A stretch of DNA of 53,592 bases, taken from positions 1-53,592 of IMG/VR virus record IMGVR_UViG_3300033143_005707; one strand, given 5' to 3'. Under the pieces are notes generated by a model. The model was not told where the DNA came from. It searched no databases and worked only from the letters and a program-made list of their open reading frames with translations. Shown in pieces: positions 28,751 through 37,880 of the stretch. The DNA comes from a virus. Lineage: Duplodnaviria; Caudoviricetes. Made by a program: the position numbers and the translations under genes. Positions within the stretch are counted from its first letter, which is position 1. Every line of letters starts with the position of its first letter.

Positions 28751-29872
28751 ATGAAAATTAATATAGTTAAATTAAATTGTGAGGATGAAAATGAAACGTC
28801 ACTTTCGCTTCGTGCTTGGGAATATTCAAGGTCGCCTGGGAATACAACTGCTGAGGAAATATTTGAATTAAATTTGCCAGTAAATGAAATGCCAAGTGCA
28901 ATCCTTGAAATTGAATCAACAATTTTAGAACGTGAAATAATTGTTAGCATGAGGGATCATAATGTTTGGGCTAGGACATCACGCGTTGATGATCCATTAA
29001 AATTTGATATACCAGTTATCATTAACCTTGGTAAGTATAAAGATTTAAAAGAAGAATCCATAAGCCTGATGACTGATGCAAAAAATATTGGGATGCGACA
29101 AGATGAATATAGAATGTTGCTGCCATTAATTGCATTAACAAAATATACGATTTCTATAAACTTACGTTCCTTAATTTTACTTCGTAATTTCTTTAAAGAT
29201 CTTTATGACACTGGTATTTATAGGTCAAACCTTCCGCCTGTTATATTACTAGGTGCTTATAAAAATTTATCTAATGTTATTGTTAAAATGACAGGTAGTG
29301 CTAACCTTGATAAATATCCAAATATTAATTTGCTGCCAGTATTAAAAGAAAAAACCAGTGGCAGACACGGAGGTTTTATAACGTACTCCGGAACAATTAA
29401 TTTTGGATTAAGGTCGCATCTTATAAGGCATAGAAGCGTTTTTATGAATGATAATTTACTTGAAATTATAAATTCAGAATCCTTTGATAAACTAACATTA
29501 GAATCTAAAGTTGAAATTAATGTCACATCAAGTGTTGAATTTTGGACGCGCATAGTTTCAAATCGTAGTTGTTGGCTTGCACACTATGGAATGTGGAAAG
29601 GCTTATTAGATGAAGTTTCTAAACACATAGATAGTGATATAGATAAAATCCTTCCGTGCAGTTGTGGTGCATGTCCGTTTGGAGCAGACAATGAATTGCG
29701 ACTAGAAAATAAAGATCCTAATCCCCCATGTCCAATTTATATTTCTAATAATAACATTGTGACAAATAAAAAAGTTATTGATGAAATGGTAAACCAAATG
29801 CTTGAAGATGAAAGGCCAGTTTTCTGGGCAGCTGAAATTAATAAAGCAAGAAAAATATGGAGTGGTGAATGA
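28751..29872 (+). CDS. Divergent tandem-domain ThyX-like flavoprotein
   Basis: Domain 1 RDHNVWARTSRV and DEYRMLLP...T.Y...INLRSL; domain 2 SHLIRHRS and R.CWLAH, C-terminal Cys cluster. Confidence 0.65.
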   Translation: MKINIVKLNCEDENETSLSLRAWEYSRSPGNTTAEEIFELNLPVNEMPSAILEIESTILEREIIVSMRDHNVWARTSRVDDPLKFDIPVIINLGKYKDLKEESISLMTDAKNIGMRQDEYRMLLPLIALTKYTISINLRSLILLRNFFKDLYDTGIYRSNLPPVILLGAYKNLSNVIVKMTGSANLDKYPNINLLPVLKEKTSGRHGGFITYSGTINFGLRSHLIRHRSVFMNDNLLEIINSESFDKLTLESKVEINVTSSVEFWTRIVSNRSCWLAHYGMWKGLLDEVSKHIDSDIDKILPCSCGACPFGADNELRLENKDPNPPCPIYISNNNIVTNKKVIDEMVNQMLEDERPVFWAAEINKARKIWSGE

Positions 29873-30495
29873 TGCAGCCATGTAAAAAATTAATACTGTT
29901 TGATCTAGACGGTGTCCTTATTGATTCTAAAAAGAATATGGAAATGGCTTGGCAAGTTGTACAAGAAAAAATGAATGTGCCAGTTGCCTTTGAAGAATAT
30001 TTTAAACATATCGGTAAGCCTTTTAAAAACATAATGGAAGCACTGGAACTTGACGCGTGGACTTATGAAATAGAAAGTTTATTTAAGGAACAATCTATTT
30101 TAAATATAGATGAAGTTAATTTTTATCCCAATGTTGAAACAGTTTTGTCACAGTTAGGGAAAACATATCAACTAGGAATAATTACTTCAAAGGACAGGGA
30201 AAGAACAGGATTAATACTTTCTAGGTTAAATAATAAATTTGAAGTAGTTGCAACTCCCAATGATGCTTTAAGGGGTAAGCCAGCACCGGATCATTTATTA
30301 CATGCTATGGCAATAAGAAATGTTGATCCAAGTGAAACTATATATATAGGAGACATGGAAGTTGATTTGGTTGCAGCACGGAGAGCAAAAATTGACTATA
30401 TACATGCACTATGGGGGTATGAATCTGATGTGCTATGCCATCGTTCAATATCAAAAATTGAAATGCTTCCTCTTTTGCTTAAGGAAATGCAATGA
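29869..30495 (+). CDS. HAD-family phosphatase
   Basis: FDLDGVLIDS, ITSK, KPAPD, YIGDMEVD. Confidence 0.9.
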   Translation: MMQPCKKLILFDLDGVLIDSKKNMEMAWQVVQEKMNVPVAFEEYFKHIGKPFKNIMEALELDAWTYEIESLFKEQSILNIDEVNFYPNVETVLSQLGKTYQLGIITSKDRERTGLILSRLNNKFEVVATPNDALRGKPAPDHLLHAMAIRNVDPSETIYIGDMEVDLVAARRAKIDYIHALWGYESDVLCHRSISKIEMLPLLLKEMQ

Positions 30496-31223
30496 GAGTT
30501 GTAGGATTAATTCCTTGCCGATATAGCTCAACAAGATTTCTTGGAAAGCCATTAGCAATCATAAATTATAAGCCAATGATGTGGCATGTTTATCAGCGGT
30601 GCATGGAATCCTCATTGCTAAATCAAGTTTTTATCGTAACCGATAATACCGCAATTTTTGGAGCAGCCAAAAGACTAGGATTAAATGTTTTAATGACAAG
30701 AGGAAATCATGAAACAGGCACGGACAGAATTGCTGAAGCAGCGGAAACACTGGATGCAGACTACTATGTAAACATACAAGGCGATGAGCCAATGATGGAT
30801 CCCAATGTAATTGACTTGGTTGCCATGGAAATAATAGATTGCCTTGACGAAACTGTTGTTGCATCAAATGCTTTTTTAGAAATAAAAAATAAGGCTGAAA
30901 TTAATGACCCAAATGTGGTAAAGGTTATTTTTTCAAAAAATAAATTGGCACTAGCGTTTTCTAGATCTGCTATTCCATATTCAAAAGAAAACCATTGTAA
31001 ATATTATAAGCAATTAGGAATATACGCTTTTAAAAAAGAAGGGCTATTACTATTTAAAAATACAAAACCACTAGAGATTGAAAAGATAGAAGGAGTTGAA
31101 ATGTATCGGCTAATTGAAAATAATTATAATATAAAAATGATTGAAGCACATGAAGAATCAATTTCTGTAGATACTCATGAAGACCTTAATAGGGTTATTA
31201 AAGCAATGGAGAAAAATAAATGA
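30492..31223 (+). CDS. kdsB: 3-deoxy-manno-octulosonate cytidylyltransferase (CMP-Kdo synthetase)
   Basis: IPCRYSSTRF.GKPL, GTDRIAEA, NIQGDEP, VKV, FSRS.IPY, GIYAF, E.IE..E.YR, SVDT.EDL. Confidence 0.88.
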   Translation: MRVVGLIPCRYSSTRFLGKPLAIINYKPMMWHVYQRCMESSLLNQVFIVTDNTAIFGAAKRLGLNVLMTRGNHETGTDRIAEAAETLDADYYVNIQGDEPMMDPNVIDLVAMEIIDCLDETVVASNAFLEIKNKAEINDPNVVKVIFSKNKLALAFSRSAIPYSKENHCKYYKQLGIYAFKKEGLLLFKNTKPLEIEKIEGVEMYRLIENNYNIKMIEAHEESISVDTHEDLNRVIKAMEKNK

Positions 31224-31648
31224 AAGTATATATAGCCGCACCATTTTTCAATGAACAACAATTAAAAACAGTTGAGCAAATTAAATTATTGCTCACCGAT
31301 TTAGGGATCAATTATTTTAGCCCAAAAGATGAGTGCATGTTTATCAAGGGTGAAACAAAGCCGGAAGATATTCTTAAAATGAATCTTGATAACATTGAAG
31401 AATGTACTTGTATGATAGCAGTAACTGAAGGGAAAGATATGGGGACATTATTTGAATGCGGATACGCACATGCAAAAGGTCAAGACATTATTTACTTTTG
31501 GCAAAATATAGACCCTTCATTAAAGTTTAATCTCATGCTTAGTGCGAGCAGCTATGTTGTGGCCAGAACATATAAAGATCTAGAAAAAGCATTATGCATG
31601 ATAGACATGGGATTAGCCGGTGAGCAGTTTGTAGGCGAGCTGGAGTGA
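31220..31648 (+). CDS. Nucleoside 2-deoxyribosyltransferase-like / nucleotide N-glycosidase
   Basis: KVYIAAPFF, YFSP, D.GTLFECGYA, NLML. Confidence 0.85.
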   Translation: MKVYIAAPFFNEQQLKTVEQIKLLLTDLGINYFSPKDECMFIKGETKPEDILKMNLDNIEECTCMIAVTEGKDMGTLFECGYAHAKGQDIIYFWQNIDPSLKFNLMLSASSYVVARTYKDLEKALCMIDMGLAGEQFVGELE

Positions 31649-31986
31649 TAAAATTAAGGTGGTATTTAATGGGAAGGTTTAAAGGCTTTTCTGAAACGGA
31701 AAAAAGTTTTGTTCGTGGGGTTTCCCGTGTGCCGAATTCAATAACTTTCTTTTGCAAAGACTGCGGAAAAACTTGGCTGAAAATAAAAGTTATTTCTGAT
31801 GAAACTATGTGGGAGTCAAAGCAAAGACTATGTCCAAATTGTGGTCCTGCCCCGCTTGCAATTTCAGAAAATGGAGTTTGGAAATATCCATTGCCTGAAA
31901 AACTAGACAAACGTGAAATGGAAGCCATGAAAAAATGTGGTGGCTTTAAAGGATATGAAGCCCATTTAATAACAGGAGGTTCATAG
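31645..31986 (+). CDS. Zinc-binding hypothetical protein
   Basis: CKDCG..W and CPNCG. Confidence 0.6.
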   Translation: MIKLRWYLMGRFKGFSETEKSFVRGVSRVPNSITFFCKDCGKTWLKIKVISDETMWESKQRLCPNCGPAPLAISENGVWKYPLPEKLDKREMEAMKKCGGFKGYEAHLITGGS

Positions 31987-32309
31987 TGAAACAAAGATGG
32001 TTTGCAACTGAGCCAGTTAGGAAAAGCGGAGTAACTTATTATGAAATTTATAATAAATTAAATAAAACGAGAGTGTTTTGTCAAACAAAAGAGAAACGTT
32101 CAGTTGCTAGGATAGCAATTAAGGCAACACTTGAAAGAATGAATAGATCACGATAAGGAAAATAAAATGAAAGATGACATGAAAGAATTAGCTGGCGTTA
32201 TGGTTGTAATATCTTTTTTTAGATATGCGTTCATAGCTATTATTTTAACACTAGGAGAACCGGACTTAATAGACGGGATATACAATCTATTAAGCTCGTT
32301 CCAATAAGT

Positions 32310-32555
32310 TCATTTACAACTGCTCGCCCAATCTTGAAGGGCGATGTAGTTCTTCCTTACTGTTCCAAATATTGTTACGTTTTTAATTTTAATAAACGCT
32401 TCAGACTTTTTATCAGTTACTTCTTTCAATATTGGTGGTGTAACTTTAAATTTTGCCGGAAGCACTCTCATTGGCCTTACGGACGGCTTCGTTGTACAGG
32501 CTGTTAAACTTACGGTGAGCAGCAGGACTAGAACAGATACCTTTATTAATTTCAT
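32310..32555 (-). CDS. o-spanin (lipoprotein)
   Basis: Signal peptide with LTAC lipobox, Pro-rich, overlapping i-spanin 3' end. Confidence 0.7.
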   Translation of the reverse strand: MKLIKVSVLVLLLTVSLTACTTKPSVRPMRVLPAKFKVTPPILKEVTDKKSEAFIKIKNVTIFGTVRKNYIALQDWASSCK

Positions 32556-32775
32556 ATGCTTTTCCTTTTAATTTTTCAACTTGTTCTTTGTAATTCTTAA
32601 GTTCAATTTCAGCCTGTAATAGAAGCTCCGAATCCTTTAGTGCTTGATCATTAAAAACTTCAACTTCCTTTTCAATTACTTCCTTTTCTTTATTTCCTTC
32701 ATACCAGCTATGAACTTTCCAGCCGCCGATAAAAGAAACTGCGATAGCTCCTGCAATTAAATAAACTTTAATCAT
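32446..32775 (-). CDS. i-spanin
   Basis: N-terminal TM (…GGWKVHSW), coiled coil, single Cys. Confidence 0.7.
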   Translation of the reverse strand: MIKVYLIAGAIAVSFIGGWKVHSWYEGNKEKEVIEKEVEVFNDQALKDSELLLQAEIELKNYKEQVEKLKGKAYEINKGICSSPAAHRKFNSLYNEAVRKANESASGKI

Positions 32776-32953
32776 TTTGTTTATTCTCCCTGTTACGCCA
32801 TATAGCTAAGATACCCGTGATGGCAATACCATACTCAGCCATGCCGCCCGATATCTTACCGAACCAGATGAACGCGTGAAAAGTAATTAAGATAACTATA
32901 ATTAATTGTAGCGTAGTTGATTCTTTAAACTTCTCAATCATGTTTTTCATCAT
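32768..32953 (-). CDS. Putative holin (2 TM)
   Basis: Two TM segments, charged C-tail, in lysis cluster. Confidence 0.5.
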   Translation of the reverse strand: MMKNMIEKFKESTTLQLIIVILITFHAFIWFGKISGGMAEYGIAITGILAIWRNRENKQND

Positions 32954-33270
32954 TAATGTTTTCTCCCTGTGGAATGTTCAAGAATAAGTTTAGCACAAAT
33001 AGTCCCGCAATTATTCACAACGATTGTTTTCGCCTTTGATTTGTAACCGTATGATTCTGGCTTAATCATTTTGGCAACCTCGTGAACTTGCTTTATTGTA
33101 TATCCTATCTCTTTATCTTTCTCTACAATAACAGCATCTTTCTCATAAGAAGCATAAGCATTGTAAGCAGTTGCACTACAGAGAAAAGCATAAACAGCGA
33201 GGATAACTTTCACGCTATCCACCATGAACTTTAAATGTTTCATAGCTTTTTTAATCATTTTAATCACCAA
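32953..33270 (-). CDS. Membrane-anchored hypothetical protein
   Basis: One TM, lysis cluster. Confidence 0.55.
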   Translation of the reverse strand: MVIKMIKKAMKHLKFMVDSVKVILAVYAFLCSATAYNAYASYEKDAVIVEKDKEIGYTIKQVHEVAKMIKPESYGYKSKAKTIVVNNCGTICAKLILEHSTGRKH

Positions 33271-33677
33271 AATTTAAGACTAACACCCACGGCAACAGCG
33301 CGAACTTTTTTTCCAGTTATTGTTTCAGCATAAGAACCACTTAGCAATGAGCCGTTATAACCTACAGCACCAGCAACGGAGAGAGCCTCTGTGCCTTCAA
33401 CATTTCCATAGCCTGCAAAGCCTTGCCATTTATCACTTGATAAATCAAATTGTTGCTGGCTCATTGTTACGCCCAAAACAGCACCAGAATAATCATCAAT
33501 ACTATACTCTATAGAAGGGGAATTATGATGATGATAATCACTTGCACTTGCACAAGAAGAAAAAGAACATAGTAATATTCCAATCAAAATAGAAACTGGA
33601 ATTATATATGTTAGTCTTTTATTTTCAGGGTTCAATTCGTTGTACCATTTTGATATTGCTAATTTAATTTTGTTCAT
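33264..33677 (-). CDS. YadA-anchor-like (trimeric autotransporter beta-barrel) protein
   Basis: Signal-like hydrophobic segment then GAVLGVTM...AGYGNVEGTEALSVA...AVAVGVSLKFW; start MNKIK with AGGAG RBS. Confidence 0.55.
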   Translation of the reverse strand: MNKIKLAISKWYNELNPENKRLTYIIPVSILIGILLCSFSSCASASDYHHHNSPSIEYSIDDYSGAVLGVTMSQQQFDLSSDKWQGFAGYGNVEGTEALSVAGAVGYNGSLLSGSYAETITGKKVRAVAVGVSLKFW

Positions 33678-34054
33678 TGTATTACTCCTGCTTTGATTAA
33701 ATCCATAATAAAATGCGCTAGTCCTGCAAGTATAGTTGCAAGGATTGTTGCACCACCCATAATCCATTTAAACTTTGATGTGTATAAAATAAATTCATTC
33801 TTATCTACAAAACGCTTGCCCATTTTAACGGTCATGTCTTTTTCTAAAGTTGCCCTGCATTCCATCATTTTAACAGGAGCTTCATCAATATGTTTTATTA
33901 TTGTTTTATTAGATTCATGTAGTTCGCTAAAGTTTTTATCATCATCAGCTTTATGATCTAAAAAATCTTCTCTCCCCATGCTAACTAATGTTTCAACTCT
34001 TGCTATGGAAACTTGCATTTCCATTTCAGCCTGTGAGTAAACTTTCTCGGCCAT
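33674..34054 (-). CDS. Holin-like/hemolysin XhlA-like membrane protein
   Basis: Coiled coil + C-terminal TM directly after endolysin. Confidence 0.45.
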   Translation of the reverse strand: MAEKVYSQAEMEMQVSIARVETLVSMGREDFLDHKADDDKNFSELHESNKTIIKHIDEAPVKMMECRATLEKDMTVKMGKRFVDKNEFILYTSKFKWIMGGATILATILAGLAHFIMDLIKAGVIQ

Positions 34055-34623
34055 TACATAAACTCCATTAATGCTTGTGCTATATTAAAACATGCAACTT
34101 CACGATGCTCTTGTATTAAATCTTTGTGATGAATAAATTCTGGTTCAATAATAACAGAAGGACAATGAGTTTTTGCCAAGAAATAATCAATACCAAATTT
34201 CTTATTCATTCTATAGTAACCTTCCATTACACCATTCCAATGTGTTCCATAAAATGGCTCAATAGTTTTTTGAATGTCCGTGGCTAATTCAATTCCCTTT
34301 TTACTTTTTGGATAATGAAGGGTTAGCGCACCACGGCCAACATTTTTCATTTCTCCTTCATCAACAATGCCATCTTTATTTAAATCTTCCCAGACCTTTG
34401 CACTATTGAAATGAATTTCTACTGCAATGCTATTAATTGCACGTTCATTTATGAAGGCAACCTTACTTTTTAAAACACCGAATGGAACTAACATCGCTTT
34501 CTCTTCACCGATATTCTCAAATATTAATTTTGCCCATCTTGATGCTTCATCAAATTCACAAAAGTCTTTAAAGCATGCTCCGACTTTTGTTTGGTGATGT
34601 CCTGCGCTTATTAAAATCAACAC
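34054..34623 (-). CDS. Endolysin, N-acetylmuramoyl-L-alanine amidase (Amidase_3)
   Basis: ISAGH, E, VEIHFNS, PSVIIEPEFI. Confidence 0.88.
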   Translation of the reverse strand: MLILISAGHHQTKVGACFKDFCEFDEASRWAKLIFENIGEEKAMLVPFGVLKSKVAFINERAINSIAVEIHFNSAKVWEDLNKDGIVDEGEMKNVGRGALTLHYPKSKKGIELATDIQKTIEPFYGTHWNGVMEGYYRMNKKFGIDYFLAKTHCPSVIIEPEFIHHKDLIQEHREVACFNIAQALMEFM

Positions 34624-34922
34624 GTACTCCCTTCATCTTTTGTATGGAAAGTTCCAAGTATACAGTGACCTAATTCATGTCCCCATATACACCATGTATA
34701 AGAATCATGAACAAACTCAATCATCGGTATCCAAATATGACAACGCTTTAAACTAAACGAAGCATAGCCAGCTATTTGCCTTCCTAGATAGTCTTTACCT
34801 AGATCTTTATCAAATGTTATGTGCATCTTAAAATCTGTACTAATCCTATCTTTAATTATTAACGGATCTGATTGACAAGATATAATTAATAAACTTAAAC
34901 ATATTAATAGTATTTTATTTAT
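34617..34922 (-). CDS. Lipoprotein with HExxH metallopeptidase motif (possible ATA start)
   Basis: WGHELGHC; frame extends upstream of ATG 34826 to signal peptide INKILLICLSLLIISC. Confidence 0.55.
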   Translation of the reverse strand: MNKILLICLSLLIISCQSDPLIIKDRISTDFKMHITFDKDLGKDYLGRQIAGYASFSLKRCHIWIPMIEFVHDSYTWCIWGHELGHCILGTFHTKDEGSTC

Positions 34923-35236
34923 ACTATCACCGATTCAAAATCAAACTTGCCCATCTCATCAGGCGTTAAAATATGGCTGCACATGGATCGAGCGTTTGGC
35001 GTTTTTGAATATAATGTATGAGCCTTTCCTGCTGGTATCTCAATCACGCTGGTTGAATCATGCTCGGTTTTCACTTCTGTTCCGTCCTCTTCTCTAACGA
35101 TTAAAATAACAACGCCACTCAATACATAATGATAATGAGGAAATTTGTGAACATGCTGGCGCATAAAATCGCCCACTTGTTCAAATAAAATAAACTTAAC
35201 CGCTATATTATCAATTTGAAATACATCAGATTTCAT
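34919..35236 (-). CDS. Cupin-domain protein
   Basis: QHVHKFPH..YVLSG and IPAGKAH cupin motifs. Confidence 0.75.
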   Translation of the reverse strand: MKSDVFQIDNIAVKFILFEQVGDFMRQHVHKFPHYHYVLSGVVILIVREEDGTEVKTEHDSTSVIEIPAGKAHTLYSKTPNARSMCSHILTPDEMGKFDFESVIV

Positions 35237-35565
35237 TAGTTCCTCCTTAAAGCATCAAGCGCGGCTTGATCTTGCACGTTTTTAATTGCTTGAATTGGTA
35301 GCGCAAGACGTTCTTTTGCCATCAATATTTTTTCACGATCAATTAATTCGTTTATGTATTCACCTTTAGCGGTGTTTAATAATAAAGCATCATAACGCGC
35401 TTGATTTAAAACAATCGCGCCGCCTGTATAATCGAAAACGGCATGACCGTATTTATTATTTAAAATAGAATACATCTGTTCTTTTGCTACTTCAGGCAAT
35501 CCGCCAGTATTATTTTTAATAATATCTAAAATCGAATCATCTGTATCTATAATTAAAAAAGGCAT
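35236..35565 (-). CDS. Hypothetical protein (possible tail-fibre chaperone)
   Basis: Follows fibre-like gene. Confidence 0.55.
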   Translation of the reverse strand: MPFLIIDTDDSILDIIKNNTGGLPEVAKEQMYSILNNKYGHAVFDYTGGAIVLNQARYDALLLNTAKGEYINELIDREKILMAKERLALPIQAIKNVQDQAALDALRRN

Positions 35566-35576
35566 TCAATAGTCTC

Positions 35577-36113
35577 CTATAAAGTTGGATCGCCGCCGGA
35601 TTGTAATAACGCGCTCTCAGCAACCATTATTTGAAAGCGGCAACTACCAGAATTATCCCCACCAGTACCACCAGAGGCAACATACATCTGAATTTTCTCA
35701 CCAGCGGCCACGGTAATATCTTCTTCATAAGTTGCATTATTTCCAGAGCTTACACTTCTAATCGTTCCTTCTGCTACCCCGTCAATATAAACTCTAAAAT
35801 TCATAGAGTTAGATTTATTAGAATTAGTCACAAACATTCTAGAGTTCACAACGCCAGCGCGTTTCATGAAAAATTCTTGCGTCTTTACGTAACTCGTTCC
35901 CAAGCCTGTAATCCACGCTTTTTCAAGTGTTTGTCCTAACTGATAATTGCCGCTTGTTAAAGCGGGAAACATTATCGGATCAATATAGCCATCTGCAAGC
36001 TGAGGAGCACCGGCATCTTTATTCGGGATAGCCGAAATATCGTTTTGTAAATTTGTCATTTGTGCAGCAGTTAAAATCTGACCTACTGAAAATGATTGTC
36101 CTGTCCAAGTCAT
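35577..36113 (-). CDS. Short tail fibre / receptor-binding-like protein
   Basis: N-terminal F.VGQILTAAQM.NL attachment motif, beta-rich C-terminus. Confidence 0.6.
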   Translation of the reverse strand: MTWTGQSFSVGQILTAAQMTNLQNDISAIPNKDAGAPQLADGYIDPIMFPALTSGNYQLGQTLEKAWITGLGTSYVKTQEFFMKRAGVVNSRMFVTNSNKSNSMNFRVYIDGVAEGTIRSVSSGNNATYEEDITVAAGEKIQMYVASGGTGGDNSGSCRFQIMVAESALLQSGGDPTL

Positions 36114-36341
36114 TTACATTTCCTCTTGTAACTTGTTTATAAATTCTGAAACCTGATCCTTATGGAAAGGACATAGCATCATAGAAGTGTTTTCCGTGGT
36201 TAATGGAACCCCATCTTCTGGAGCTTTTGCTGCAATGCCTTGTATGATGCACCAACCTTCCCATCCTGAACCATAAACTTTTTCAGTTTCTATTCTTTCA
36301 CATAAATCACATTTTCCTGTTCGTAACATTGGCATTGCCAT
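36114..36341 (-). CDS. Small zinc-binding tail-region protein
   Basis: CDLC...LCPFH. Confidence 0.6.
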   Translation of the reverse strand: MAMPMLRTGKCDLCERIETEKVYGSGWEGWCIIQGIAAKAPEDGVPLTTENTSMMLCPFHKDQVSEFINKLQEEM

Positions 36342-36346
36342 TTCTC

Positions 36347-37525
36347 CTAAGTTAATACTTCAAAACTTCCAAGTGTTGAAGTGTCTAATATAAATGGAAA
36401 GGCAAATTGAGATCTATCAACGCTAAATTCAATTGAACCTTTATTTATATTTATTTTTTGTTCCATTATTCTAAAGATATCATCAACTTCATGAAAACTA
36501 TCTACTATAGAAATCGTTTCTCCAACTAGCCTAGCAAAACCATTTAAGTAGGTTTTCATTTCAACCGAATCAAATGGATCTCTTATAACTTGTAATTTTC
36601 TTTGTGCAAAATTAAGAGCTGAACCAGAACCAACGTACCAAATCTTTTCATCACTTTCTGTTTCTTCTCTTAATCCAAAACTATTTACAGAAGAAGTTGC
36701 AACATCAAATACAGTTGTTTGATGATACTTACTTGCAACATCATAGTCTGCAAATACATATTGCTTATTTACAATCTCTACATCACTAAATTCTAATACT
36801 AAATCATCTATTGTATTATTGTTAAAAGATGAAACAGCAGCATCAATGGTGCTGAACCTATGAAATGTAAATCTATCTTCGCTTATATATATAGCAGATA
36901 ATGTGTGCTTTCCAATTTTCCTTAAAACTTCTAATGATTTTTGACCATCAAATTCAGCTTGCATTAAAACAGAGTCAGCACTAAAAACATCAGACCATGC
37001 CAACCAAGAATCATAATCAATATCTGGATTATTACTACTTCTTAAATCACTGTAACCACCATAAGAAGTTATCGCATACCATGCAATGTCGGCAGGAAGA
37101 TAATTGCTATCGGTATAGCTAACTGGATCATCTGAAGAACCCATGACACGGTTAGTTAGTTGTTTAAATTTATCAACTATTGTAAGCTCAGTTGATTCTC
37201 CAATATATTTAACTCGTTCAGACTTACCAGCAAACAAAGTTATTAATTCATCTCCACTTGTCGGATGGGTATAGCCGAATTCAACTTTTGTATCTTGGCG
37301 TAATAAGGTTTTATCTTCCCTTAAAAAATTCATGCCCATATCGCCATTGGCTAATCTAATATTTAATTTTATTGCACGAATATCATTCCATGAAGTTTTA
37401 AAACTAGGCCAATTAGAAACTCTAGAACTATAATCACTTGAGCCAATAGTAAACTTCCGTACAAGATTATTGGGGCTCTTTAAAAGAGTTTGTTCATGGA
37501 ACCAACTTGTTACATCATAGGCCAT
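36347..37525 (-). CDS. Tail tip / baseplate hub protein
   Basis: Position after Dit; SVNSFGLRE, LVGETISI hub-like motifs. Confidence 0.65.
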   Translation of the reverse strand: MAYDVTSWFHEQTLLKSPNNLVRKFTIGSSDYSSRVSNWPSFKTSWNDIRAIKLNIRLANGDMGMNFLREDKTLLRQDTKVEFGYTHPTSGDELITLFAGKSERVKYIGESTELTIVDKFKQLTNRVMGSSDDPVSYTDSNYLPADIAWYAITSYGGYSDLRSSNNPDIDYDSWLAWSDVFSADSVLMQAEFDGQKSLEVLRKIGKHTLSAIYISEDRFTFHRFSTIDAAVSSFNNNTIDDLVLEFSDVEIVNKQYVFADYDVASKYHQTTVFDVATSSVNSFGLREETESDEKIWYVGSGSALNFAQRKLQVIRDPFDSVEMKTYLNGFARLVGETISIVDSFHEVDDIFRIMEQKININKGSIEFSVDRSQFAFPFILDTSTLGSFEVLT

Positions 37526-37526
37526 C

Positions 37527-37880
37527 TTAGTATGTGCTCAACTCTATTGAACCTTTAAATGAATCATTATAAGGTTTTATAAATTCACTAATCGGTAAAT
37601 TCCTACTTGAAATATGAACTGAAGTTACTGCGCTTCCGCCCTCTTCCATCCATAGCAATTCTGTATTATTGTTCCACCAGCTATTTACAATAGATTTAAA
37701 AGAGCTATCAACAAAAGAAACTTTAAATGCAACAACTTTATATTCACCCCATTTATAAACATACTCCGCACCGGAACGAGTTCGGTTACGGGATTCAATT
37801 TTTTTATCCCGCTCCCTGTAACTCCATTCCGGTTCAACCGTTATGCCATTGGAACTATCAACAAATAATCTAAAAGCCAT
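37527..37880 (-). CDS. Distal tail protein-like
   Basis: Immediately after TMP; RTRSG, I.L terminal strand. Confidence 0.6.
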   Translation of the reverse strand: MAFRLFVDSSNGITVEPEWSYRERDKKIESRNRTRSGAEYVYKWGEYKVVAFKVSFVDSSFKSIVNSWWNNNTELLWMEEGGSAVTSVHISSRNLPISEFIKPYNDSFKGSIELSTY

